Below are positions 8,812-17,370 of a stretch of DNA of 64,000 bases, one piece after another. The stretch covers positions 7,675 to 71,674 of the forward strand of contig JACRMP010000037.1 of NCBI GenBank assembly GCA_016214885.1, written 5' to 3'. Position numbers and translations under genes: made by a program. This DNA comes from Candidatus Gottesmanbacteria bacterium (GTDB taxonomy: Bacteria; Patescibacteriota; Microgenomatia; UBA10105; UBA927). Below the pieces are notes generated by a model. The model was not told where the DNA came from. It saw only the letters and a program-made list of their open reading frames with translations, and did no database searches. Numbering within the stretch: position 1 is the stretch's first letter; each line of letters starts with the position of its first letter.

Positions 8812-9660
8812 TTACTTTTTCTTTTTTTTTGCGGCGCGCTTTTTTATTGCTTCAATTTTTATCTGATATGCACTCTTCTGCCCTGCTTCTACCCCTCTCA
8901 ATCCCATCGCTTTTCTTGCTGCCAAAATCTCATGAAGACCGCTCTGCATTTCATTTCTTCGTCTTACCAAGTCATCCACTGGTCTCCCAGCTTTCATGGC
9001 TTCTCTAATTTGCTTAGATAATTCCTCCACTTTGGTCAGTTCAGGCCGCCCGGAAAGCAGCGTTTCAGCCCGAGGAAGATCTCTCATGGCAATAAGACGT
9101 TTTTCCTTCAAACGTATCAGCGCTTCTCCTTGGTATTTACCGCTTTTAATTGCCTGATCAAGCGCTTCCACCCGCTTCCTATATCCTGTTGCTGCTTTAA
9201 TAGATTCAGAAACAGCGTCCACATTAATTGGCCCTTTACTGCTTCCTTCCCTACGGAAGAAATTAAACTTCCCAACCATTGACCGGAGGCTATCGTGGGC
9301 GCGTTTTCCGGCATTTGCCATTTTTTCACCCATTCCGCCCATGCGACCAATCCTATCCCGCATGCCGCCGACATTGGTGATAAGTCCCCCGCCCAATCCG
9401 GCAACGGTGACACCCAAAACAGTCGCTCCCCAATGGGTGGCCACGTCAATTTTTGCAGATGAAAGTGCGTCCTGTTCAATCTGGGCAAATGCTGCCTGCT
9501 TGTCTTCCGGGGAAAGATTTGCCGTCGCCTTTGCAATAAGATCAGCGTTGTTCTGATAAAATTTCTCTTTGGATCCTTGGATGGTGAATGACTTGCGGAC
9601 TTTTTCTTTAAGCCCTGCAAACCAACCTTGTCGTTCTGGTGACATACCTGCTTCGGTCAT
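8812..9660 (-). CDS. Hypothetical basic protein with Gly-rich hydrophobic segment (large family I)
   Basis: GGAGG RBS before the ATG at 9660; WGATVLGVTVAGLGGGLI; poly-Lys C-terminus. Confidence 0.8.
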   Translation of the reverse strand: MTEAGMSPERQGWFAGLKEKVRKSFTIQGSKEKFYQNNADLIAKATANLSPEDKQAAFAQIEQDALSSAKIDVATHWGATVLGVTVAGLGGGLITNVGGMRDRIGRMGGMGEKMANAGKRAHDSLRSMVGKFNFFRREGSSKGPINVDAVSESIKAATGYRKRVEALDQAIKSGKYQGEALIRLKEKRLIAMRDLPRAETLLSGRPELTKVEELSKQIREAMKAGRPVDDLVRRRNEMQSGLHEILAARKAMGLRGVEAGQKSAYQIKIEAIKKRAAKKKKK

Positions 9661-9690
9661 AACAACCTCCTTCATGAACTAACTAAATTA

Positions 9691-10002
9691 TTATATATTC
9701 TCGTCTGTTAATGCCTTTTCTACGTTCTCGAGTACCCCGGTCATCGTTTCTTCTATTTCCTTCAGCGCTTCCCCATCCTTGATGGAATCCCCTATAAGCT
9801 TTGCATAACTTTCAACAGTCACGCGTGACTTCGGATCAGCTGCCAAGTACTCTAGGTCTTCTTGTGGCATATATTTTACCATAATCGGCCAAACAGTGCT
9901 CTGGAGGCCTTCGGAAATGAGGACATAGAGCTCATTTTTTTCGGATTCCGACAGCTGTGACTTCTCTATCCTTTCAACAATTGCCTTAAGTTTTTCTTCC
10001 AT
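9691..10002 (-). CDS. Small acidic protein (small family; close paralogue of 10871-11200)
   Basis: AGGAGG RBS; shares EGLQSTVWPI..KYMP and DS(I/V)KDG.ALKEIE with its paralogue. Confidence 0.85.
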   Translation of the reverse strand: MEEKLKAIVERIEKSQLSESEKNELYVLISEGLQSTVWPIMVKYMPQEDLEYLAADPKSRVTVESYAKLIGDSIKDGEALKEIEETMTGVLENVEKALTDENI

Positions 10003-10030
10003 ATTTCCTCCTTTAATCACTATAGCACAC

Positions 10031-10834
10031 TTATTTCTTTACAAAATCCAATGGTGTGGGTTTTTTTGGCCATTTTTCATGCGGCAATGCAACCGTAAGC
10101 CGATGCCAATCATTCAGGGCTTTTTCATATGCGCGCTTCGCTTTTCCCTGCGCTCCCCGCTCTTGAAGTTTTTTTACGCCTTCACCTACTTTATTCTCAA
10201 CTGCTTCTAAATCTTTGTACATTGTATAAGGTAACTTAACTGCTTCCACCGCGGCACCCCCAACAACCTTTGCTGCATCAACCATTGCCGGTCCACCGAC
10301 AAGACCCCAAACGTATTTGCCACCCTCCCCCACCTTCCGGATCGGCCAAAACATAATTTTGGCTCCCCACTCAATGGGTGTTACAACTACTTTAACCCCA
10401 AACATCGCGACATCCATCCCGGTTTTAACGGCATTATAGGAAACATCCTTCACCGCCTGGAACACGGTCCGTGAACGGTTGTCTACCCGCATGCGCGCAG
10501 CGGCATTACGGCCATTTACTGCTATAGCACGGTCATTTAGCTTCCCATACACCGCCGCCCCTCCCACCAGGGCGCCGCCGGCAACGAGGGAATCAATGAT
10601 TACGGAGCCTACTGCCGCACTTTTAGATTGCTGCCTGAGCCGTAATTCGAGAAGTGCCATCTGGCTTTCAGTAATATCCTTGGGGAGATTTTCTGCGATA
10701 CTGTTGTATTTTTTAAGATAGATTTTATCCGCACGCCCGTTAAGCGTCAGGTTATCATGCGACCAGCTTTTAATGCGGTCGACAATTCCCTTGCCGGATA
10801 ACCCTTTCATTTCCCCATGTGGCCGTTGTTCCAT
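10031..10834 (-). CDS. Hypothetical basic protein with Gly-rich hydrophobic segment (large family I)
   Basis: 267 aa; SLVAGGALVGGAAVYG; N-terminal layout parallels 8812-9660. Confidence 0.8.
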   Translation of the reverse strand: MEQRPHGEMKGLSGKGIVDRIKSWSHDNLTLNGRADKIYLKKYNSIAENLPKDITESQMALLELRLRQQSKSAAVGSVIIDSLVAGGALVGGAAVYGKLNDRAIAVNGRNAAARMRVDNRSRTVFQAVKDVSYNAVKTGMDVAMFGVKVVVTPIEWGAKIMFWPIRKVGEGGKYVWGLVGGPAMVDAAKVVGGAAVEAVKLPYTMYKDLEAVENKVGEGVKKLQERGAQGKAKRAYEKALNDWHRLTVALPHEKWPKKPTPLDFVKK

Positions 10835-10870
10835 AGTGTTTTATCCGCCGGACAGAAGGCGGTTCCCCTT

Positions 10871-11200
10871 TTATTCCAAAACCGGCGCCTGTGGCACCCC
10901 CTGCTCCGTTAATGTTTTATCAACGGCATCAAGGATTTGTTGCATAAGCGTCTCGATCTCTTTCAGGGCTGCCCCGTCTTTGACGGAATCTTCGATAAGT
11001 TTGCCGTAAGTTTCCAGGTTTACTTTAGAAGGATTTTCCGCCAGATCATCAAGCTGATCTTTCGGCATGTATTTAATGAGGATCGGCCATACCGTGGACT
11101 GCAACCCCTCGGCAAGCGCCGTATATACGTCCTCTTTTTCATTTTCCGCAAGCTTCGACATCTCGACCCTCGTTACCACTGCACGAAGTTTATCATCCAT
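10871..11200 (-). CDS. Small acidic protein (small family)
   Basis: AGGAG RBS; paralogue of 9691-10002. Confidence 0.85.
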   Translation of the reverse strand: MDDKLRAVVTRVEMSKLAENEKEDVYTALAEGLQSTVWPILIKYMPKDQLDDLAENPSKVNLETYGKLIEDSVKDGAALKEIETLMQQILDAVDKTLTEQGVPQAPVLE

Positions 11201-11226
11201 AAAAAACTCCTTTCACTAGAACACTA

Positions 11227-11847
11227 TTATGGCCTCGCCTTAAGCCTGGTGGGTTTTTGTTCCGCAAACGGACTTTTGATCCAGTTTACAACCCTATCGA
11301 CTTTCTTTTTGGTCATGCGTACGGCAATTTCCGGAGCGCTCATCACTGCTTCTGCCCCCGTCCGTACCGCTTTGACAAGCCCCAATTCACCGCGCATTAA
11401 TCCCGCTCCCGCCGCATGAAGTCCAAGCTTCACGTCAAATCGGGCAAGGGCAAGCCGCTTAAAGGCATCTCTTGGCGGACCAAACGGGGTTAATTTCCGG
11501 GGCAACCAGGTGAGAATGTTATAAGGAATATCCAAAGTAGCGGCTCCAAAAGAAACAACTGCCGCTTCGACACGTGCGCCGGTGCGTTGAGAAAATTCCG
11601 CTATCTTCCCTACCAGTCCAAGCTCTTTGCCTGCATACATATGATGCAGAATCTTGTCCATATTCTCAACGTAATGCTTGTACACCCCTTTTCCTGAGGC
11701 ATTCTTCCGCCCATCGATATCCTGACGGATCTCCCAATAATCTTTATTGGTTTGCTGTACTTCCCCTATTGCTCCCCGTACGGCTTTGCCGACGGCGCTT
11801 TCACTCATCGCTTCCTGGAACGTTGTTTTCTCAAATCCTTCAGCCAT
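11227..11847 (-). CDS. Hypothetical amphipathic protein (possibly large family I), first gene of the array
   Basis: GGGAGG RBS before the ATG at 11847; 206 aa. Confidence 0.78.
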   Translation of the reverse strand: MAEGFEKTTFQEAMSESAVGKAVRGAIGEVQQTNKDYWEIRQDIDGRKNASGKGVYKHYVENMDKILHHMYAGKELGLVGKIAEFSQRTGARVEAAVVSFGAATLDIPYNILTWLPRKLTPFGPPRDAFKRLALARFDVKLGLHAAGAGLMRGELGLVKAVRTGAEAVMSAPEIAVRMTKKKVDRVVNWIKSPFAEQKPTRLKARP

Positions 11848-11961
11848 AATCCTCCCTTTCAATTGAGGCAGTGTTTATATACCCATACTAGGGGCGTTCT
11901 GCCTTCATTGTCAACTATATACCCGATATTATATACATAAATATCCTATAGGATCAAATAC

Positions 11962-13284
11962 TCAGCTCTTCATGGAAGCTAAAATCCTCTCCAGAGCCAC
12001 GACGAATGCCGCAGTGCGTAAATCAGTTTTATACATCACTGAGGCCTCCCAGACCGCTCCCGCCGCATCCGCCATTTTTTTGGCAAGTTTTTTATTTACC
12101 TGGGCTTTCGTCCAGTGGGCAGCTTTTCTATTCTGCTCCCATTCAAATGCCGACACCGTGACGCCACCGCTATTGCTTAAGATGTCCGGAATAACCGGGA
12201 TCCCCTTCTTATATAAAATAGTGTCCGCCTCCGGCGTGGTCGGACCGTTTGCCATCTCAAGCACCACCTTAGCCTTCACCTTCCCCGCGTTCTCGGCGGT
12301 AATGGCATTTTCGAGCGCCGCCGGCACCAGAATATCAACGGGCAGCTCAAGAAGCTCATTATTGGTCACCTGGCGTCCTTTTTTGAGATCACACACCGAG
12401 CCTGAGCAATAGCAACCCGCCAGATACCCATTCTTTTTCTTACAGTCCAGGGTGAGCGCTGGATTAATCCCTTCAGGCACATAAATGCCTCCTTTGCTGT
12501 CCGATACCGCAACCACCATTATCCCCGCTTCCTCCAGAAACTTAGCCACGTTATAGCCAACATTGCCGAATCCCTGCACTGCCGCGGTAAGCTTGCCCGA
12601 TAACTTAAGCTTTTTAATAATCGCCTGCAGCACAAACAGCCCGCCAAGTCCGGTCGCCTCTTCTCTCCCTTCGCTCCCCCCGTTGGTAATCGCTTTTCCG
12701 GTAAATGTACTTTTCAGCTTCAGGATATCTTTTTTGGTAAGTGTTTTACCCAATACTTTTGCCTTTATTTTTTGCGAAGCAATAAACTCCTCTACCATCC
12801 ATCCCATAATGACCCCGTTGGTGTTGACGTCCGGTGCCGGCACATCGGTATCAGGGCCAATTACATCTGCGATAGCTTTGCCGTATGCCCTACTTAACCG
12901 CTCAAGCTCACCCTGGGAAAGTGTTTTGGGATCGACGATAATGCCGCCTTTTCCTCCGCCGAGCGGCAAATCTGCCACTGCACATTTCATTGCCATCCAA
13001 AATGACAAAGCTTTGACCTCGTCGAGGCTCACATTATGGTGATACCGGATGCCCCCCTTATACGGACCCTTCGCGTTATTAAACTGCACACGGTAGCCCT
13101 GAAACAACCGCTGCGACCCGTCATCCATCATAACCGGAAGAGTCACATTTATAACCCGTTGCGGCTCCCGGAGTCTGGCTACCTTCTGGTCTATATTGCC
13201 CAATTTTTTCTTTGACCCGGCAAGCACCTTGTGTGCTTTGGCTAACTGCTTCATGGCTGACTCAAATGGATTGATAGCATTCAT
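11962..13284 (-). CDS. gdhA: Glu/Leu/Phe/Val dehydrogenase (glutamate dehydrogenase)
   Basis: GPYKGGIRY, GGGKGG, DVPAPD, QGFGNVG and ANGP motifs. Confidence 0.92.
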   Translation of the reverse strand: MNAINPFESAMKQLAKAHKVLAGSKKKLGNIDQKVARLREPQRVINVTLPVMMDDGSQRLFQGYRVQFNNAKGPYKGGIRYHHNVSLDEVKALSFWMAMKCAVADLPLGGGKGGIIVDPKTLSQGELERLSRAYGKAIADVIGPDTDVPAPDVNTNGVIMGWMVEEFIASQKIKAKVLGKTLTKKDILKLKSTFTGKAITNGGSEGREEATGLGGLFVLQAIIKKLKLSGKLTAAVQGFGNVGYNVAKFLEEAGIMVVAVSDSKGGIYVPEGINPALTLDCKKKNGYLAGCYCSGSVCDLKKGRQVTNNELLELPVDILVPAALENAITAENAGKVKAKVVLEMANGPTTPEADTILYKKGIPVIPDILSNSGGVTVSAFEWEQNRKAAHWTKAQVNKKLAKKMADAAGAVWEASVMYKTDLRTAAFVVALERILASMKS

Positions 13285-13325
13285 ATATACCTCCTTAAAA
13301 AAAGTACTCAGTATTTATACTATGG

Positions 13326-14021
13326 TTAATAAAATAGCTCCGTTTTAATTTGCTCTTTCGGCACATGCCGCTCGATGAGACGCGCCCTCACCTCTTCCGT
13401 CATCGCCTTATTGCCACAGACGTAAAATTCTGATTGCGCCAAATCCCTTTCTAAATGAAGGACATGTTCAGTCACGTGTCCGGTAAGCCCCTGCCAGGCA
13501 GGGGTTGGCCGCGAAAGTATTTGCTTCCAGGAAAAAACCGGATGCGCCCCTGCGATCGCATCAAATTCATCCCGCCAATATATATCATGTTCATACCGCT
13601 GCCCCCAGTACAACACCATAGGCGTTTCATTCTTTTTTTCAAGCGCATCCAAAATCATTGAATGAAACGGAGCGATACCGGTGCCTGTCGCTACCATCAC
13701 TTTACGCTTCGGGGTATCAAGAAACGAAAGCACCCCTCCTGTTGGCGCGACGATGGTTGCCTGATCTCCCACCGTCAAACCGACGGTCCATTGCGACCCC
13801 GGTCCCATCGGACTCACATCATGCACCATAAGGATGTCGCTTGCCGATGGCGGACTGGCGATAGACATCGTGCGGTTCACTCCGGGAGCTATCATCAGCA
13901 TCATATTCTGGCCGGCACGGAACGAAATAATCGGCGGAGAAACCGGGCGGAACGTGACAAAAAACACTTTGTCGGTGACCTTCTCCTTTTTAAGGACTTG
14001 AAGCGTAATTTTAGCTGCCAT
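13326..14021 (-). CDS. FAD/NAD(P)-binding oxidoreductase (ferredoxin reductase-like)
   Basis: RTMSIAS (RxYS-like), ATGTGIAP and YVCG motifs; aromatic C-terminus. Confidence 0.85.
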   Translation of the reverse strand: MAAKITLQVLKKEKVTDKVFFVTFRPVSPPIISFRAGQNMMLMIAPGVNRTMSIASPPSASDILMVHDVSPMGPGSQWTVGLTVGDQATIVAPTGGVLSFLDTPKRKVMVATGTGIAPFHSMILDALEKKNETPMVLYWGQRYEHDIYWRDEFDAIAGAHPVFSWKQILSRPTPAWQGLTGHVTEHVLHLERDLAQSEFYVCGNKAMTEEVRARLIERHVPKEQIKTELFY

Positions 14022-14949
14022 GGGATTCTAAATATTTTTCTGCATCCATCGCGGCCATACACCCCTGGCCGGCAGCGACGATTGCCTGCCGGTACCGAGG
14101 GTCTACACAATCACCAGCAGCGAACAAGCCGGGGACATTCGTCGCAGTCTGCGGATCAAGCGGACTCATAGTCCGCTGTACCTTCACATATCCTTTGGGA
14201 TCCAGATCGACCAGGCCATTAAGAAACCCCGTGCTGGGTTTGTGTCCGATAGCTAAAAATACCCCCTGCGTCGGATAATCTATCACCTCATTGGTTTTGG
14301 TGTCGCGGATTCGGACACCGGTCACTTCAGTTTCTCCCAATATTTCCTCAATAATTTTATTGGTAAGAAACGAAATGCGGGGGTCTTTCCTTGCACGGTC
14401 AAGCATAATAGCCGAAGCGCGGAATTCATCACGCCGGTGGATAACCGTCACCTTCGGAGAAAATTTAGTCAAAAATGTCGCCTCTTCCATTGCGGTATCC
14501 CCGCCCCCCACCACAACAACAACTTTTCCCTTAAAAAAGAAACCGTCGCAGGTAGCGCATCCTGATACTCCCTTGCCACGAAGCTTCTCTTCGCTGGGGA
14601 GCCCTAAATACATTGCGGAAGCTCCCGTTGCGACAATCACTGTTTTTGCCTGATACGTAGTACCCGCGGTTTTTACGGTAAACACGTCCTCTTTCTCAAC
14701 GGCGGTTACAGCCTCCTGTTTGATTTCGGCGCCAAAACGCTCCACCTGACTTTTCATGTCAGTAACCAGTTTTGGTCCCAACACCCCCTCAGGGAAACCC
14801 GGAAAATTATCAACCTCAGTTGTAGTGGTGAGTTGCCCTCCCGGCTCAAACCCCGCCAACACCACGGTCTTTAAAAACGCACGGGACGTATATAGTGCCG
14901 CTGTATATCCGGCAGGACCGGAACCAATGATAATGACATCGTATATCAT
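14011..14949 (-). CDS. trxB: Thioredoxin reductase
   Basis: GSGPAG, CATCDG, GGGDTA and HRR motifs. Confidence 0.96.
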   Translation of the reverse strand: MIYDVIIIGSGPAGYTAALYTSRAFLKTVVLAGFEPGGQLTTTTEVDNFPGFPEGVLGPKLVTDMKSQVERFGAEIKQEAVTAVEKEDVFTVKTAGTTYQAKTVIVATGASAMYLGLPSEEKLRGKGVSGCATCDGFFFKGKVVVVVGGGDTAMEEATFLTKFSPKVTVIHRRDEFRASAIMLDRARKDPRISFLTNKIIEEILGETEVTGVRIRDTKTNEVIDYPTQGVFLAIGHKPSTGFLNGLVDLDPKGYVKVQRTMSPLDPQTATNVPGLFAAGDCVDPRYRQAIVAAGQGCMAAMDAEKYLESHGS

Positions 14950-14969
14950 GTATGCAAATAACGAGCCGG

Positions 14970-15284
14970 TTACATGAGCTTAGTTAACTCACCCACCAAA
15001 ACATCTTTACTTGTTACGCCGATAAATTGCTTTGCAACAGCGCCGTTTTTGAAAATCATCATCGTCGGAATGCTCATAATGCCGAATTTTTGAGCGTACA
15101 CAGGATTTTCGTCGACATTCAGCTTTACCACTTTAACCTTATCACCGAGCGTTGTTGCAACGTCTTCGACAATAGGCCCCTGAATCTGGCAGGGCGTGCA
15201 CCATACCGCCCAAAAATCCACAAGTACCGGTACCGTGGATTTCATAACTTCTGCTTCAAATGTTTGATCTGTTACATCTGCCAT
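14970..15284 (-). CDS. trxA: Thioredoxin (WCTPC active site)
   Basis: VDFWAVWCTPC, SIPT; GGAGG RBS before the ATG at 15284. Confidence 0.93.
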   Translation of the reverse strand: MADVTDQTFEAEVMKSTVPVLVDFWAVWCTPCQIQGPIVEDVATTLGDKVKVVKLNVDENPVYAQKFGIMSIPTMMIFKNGAVAKQFIGVTSKDVLVGELTKLM

Positions 15285-15410
15285 AGAGCCTCCTCGTAAA
15301 ATGAACAATATTATTTCGGATCCCCAGTATATCACCAGGTGTTTATCTGTAAACCCCGGCAAATATATAGCGTTTATACGCCCCAAACTCATTAGGGTCC
15401 GGCAAAAACA

Positions 15411-15617
15411 CTACTGCCGTAATTGGTATCCGGCCGCTTCTACCGCTTCTTTTACCGCTTTATCGGGAGCTTGTCCGTCCTCTGTATCTACTTCGAGTGT
15501 TTGTTTTGCAAAGCTGCACCTTCCCACTATCCCCCGGTCTTCCAACTCGCCTTCAATGAGCATGGCGCAACTAGCACAGTGCATCCCGTCTATCTGATAT
15601 GTTTTTTTTGTTTTCAT
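15411..15617 (-). CDS. Heavy-metal-associated (CopZ-like) chaperone
   Basis: GMHCASC in a 68 aa protein. Confidence 0.88.
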   Translation of the reverse strand: MKTKKTYQIDGMHCASCAMLIEGELEDRGIVGRCSFAKQTLEVDTEDGQAPDKAVKEAVEAAGYQLRQ

Positions 15618-16621
15618 CGCAGGTAAAATGTACCACCGTACATCCCCATACTACAACTGAAGGCAAGCTCATCCGTATTTGTAGGAGCAGTAAAAGTAAG
15701 TGTTTTCGTTTCCCCGACACGGACAATTTCGGAAACCCCCAACGCGGGAATGGTGAACGCCTGTATGCACCCTTGTCCTGCAGTATTGGTAAGCGTAAGC
15801 GTTATTTCACTTCCTTTGGGAATTACAGGGTTTTCTATCTTGTACCCATTGAGCCAAAACGTAATGACCGGCGTAGTCGTGGGTGCCTGATCTGTAGGTA
15901 TAACTTTACAGAAGGTCACTGTGCAATATGCCGAGCGGACCAATGAGCCCATGGTGAACGGTGCACCATATAACCGGAGTGCGGCATTAAGGTTAATAAG
16001 CGCCAGAACCATTACCAACGATGCGGCCACAACCCCGAACTTTTCTTTGAGCGTAGCCTTGATAACGTCAATGGAAAGCCCCAATAGAAAAAATAGTGGC
16101 GCCGTTCCCAACACGAATACCGCCATCACCGCCATACCCCACCAGGGGCTTCCTGTTCCTGCCGCAAGTGCCATCATTGCCTGTGTAGTACCACATGGGA
16201 TGAAAATAGAAAGCAACCCGATCATAGCCGGAGCAAACACACCTCCCGCTTTTGCCTGCCCGCGGATTATCCGGGTAAGAAACCTCGGCGGCTGCACGAC
16301 AAAATACCGGAATATGGGGTGCACATTAAGAAATGATAACGCCGTCCCCATCATAAATACGGAAGCCAGTCCAATACCTATTGCCTGTGCTCGGGGGGTT
16401 AATCCGATAAGGGAACCTGCATATCCCAGAATTGCACCAAAAATCATATGCACGACCAGCTTTGCCAACAAAAACGCCCCCACTCCCATCACGCGGGAAA
16501 GCCGGGGGTGCTCTTCTTCTTCCTGGGTTAACGCAGTGGCAAGGATTCCTCCCTGTACCGCCATACAGGTAAGTCCCCCTGCAAATAATCCGGTAGTAAA
16601 TATGATCCAAAGATTTGGCAT
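15614..16621 (-). CDS. DsbD_2/TauE-like membrane protein with C-terminal cupredoxin domain
   Basis: TCMAVQGG and IPCG in TM helices; C-terminal GC...FSCSMGM. Confidence 0.82.
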   Translation of the reverse strand: MPNLWIIFTTGLFAGGLTCMAVQGGILATALTQEEEEHPRLSRVMGVGAFLLAKLVVHMIFGAILGYAGSLIGLTPRAQAIGIGLASVFMMGTALSFLNVHPIFRYFVVQPPRFLTRIIRGQAKAGGVFAPAMIGLLSIFIPCGTTQAMMALAAGTGSPWWGMAVMAVFVLGTAPLFFLLGLSIDVIKATLKEKFGVVAASLVMVLALINLNAALRLYGAPFTMGSLVRSAYCTVTFCKVIPTDQAPTTTPVITFWLNGYKIENPVIPKGSEITLTLTNTAGQGCIQAFTIPALGVSEIVRVGETKTLTFTAPTNTDELAFSCSMGMYGGTFYLR

Positions 16622-16648
16622 AACGCTTATGGAAATATAACACACCGC

Positions 16649-16708
16649 TTGACAACAATGGTAAACATGATACGATCATTATATCCCCATAGGGGGGATT
16701 AAAGTCAA
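16649..16708. promoter_or_regulatory. Overlapping divergent promoters with a CsoR-type operator
   Basis: + strand TTGACA-16-TACGAT; - strand TTGACT-19-TATAAT; C/G-tract inverted repeat ATCCCC-N5-GGGGAT at 16683-16699. Confidence 0.65.
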
Positions 16709-16739
16709 CCCGGTATTTTCGGGAGTAAAACGGAAATAT

Positions 16740-17024
16740 ATGCCTAAAGGAACACCACGCAATCAATCCGTTCAGCTAAAAATACTTCACCGCATGAAAA
16801 TTGCGCGCGGACACCTTAACCGGGTAATCCGCATGATGGAGCAGGGTGATTATTGCGTAAATATCATCCACCAGTCGCTCGCTGTCCAGGCAGCGCTTCG
16901 GAGCACCGACCAGGAAATTCTCCGCAATCACCTAGTTACCTGTGTTGCAGAAGAAATAAAAAATGGAAATGCAAATGAAGTAATAGAGGAAGTTATGAAG
17001 GTTATGGAGAAGCAACATGGATAA
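16740..17024 (+). CDS. csoR: CsoR/RcnR family metal-sensing repressor
   Basis: R..IARGH...YC...Q..AV..AL...NHL.TC (Cys-His-Cys ligands). Confidence 0.9.
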   Translation: MPKGTPRNQSVQLKILHRMKIARGHLNRVIRMMEQGDYCVNIIHQSLAVQAALRSTDQEILRNHLVTCVAEEIKNGNANEVIEEVMKVMEKQHG

Positions 17025-17370
17025 ACTAATCGTCACGCTGCTGGGAGCTACCGTAATAGGATTTATCTATTGGTTTTTCTTTGGAAAAAAAGATGAATTA
17101 GTGCAACCAAAAAACGTCTGGAGTGTTCTCGTGGAAGGCGGGTACAAACCGTCCACCATTACTATCCCTCGCGATAAACCGACAACGCTCACCTTTACGC
17201 GCACTGACGCCAACAGTTGTCTGGAAGAAATCGTACTGCCTGATTTTAAGATAAAGAAATTCCTACCACTAGATAAAGAGGTGGTAATAACCATACCCCC
17301 CACCAAACCAGGCATCTACACACTTCACTGCGGTATGAATATGTATCACGGAAAAATTATCGTTGTATGA
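17017..17370 (+). CDS. Membrane-anchored cupredoxin-domain copper chaperone (CupA-like)
   Basis: N-terminal TM helix; [16 protein letters not shown]. Confidence 0.88.
   Translation: MDKLIVTLLGATVIGFIYWFFFGKKDELVQPKNVWSVLVEGGYKPSTITIPRDKPTTLTFTRTDANSCLEEIVLPDFKIKKFLPLDKEVVITIPPTKPGIYTLHCGMNMYHGKIIVV

Noticed and set aside
9691-11200. Small proteins as WXG100/type VII substrates
   Set aside because: The central motif is VWP, not WxG, and there is no FtsK/EssC ATPase in the window.
839-11847. Array as a prophage or integrative element
   Set aside because: No integrase, terminase, capsid or replication genes and no att repeats were recognised.
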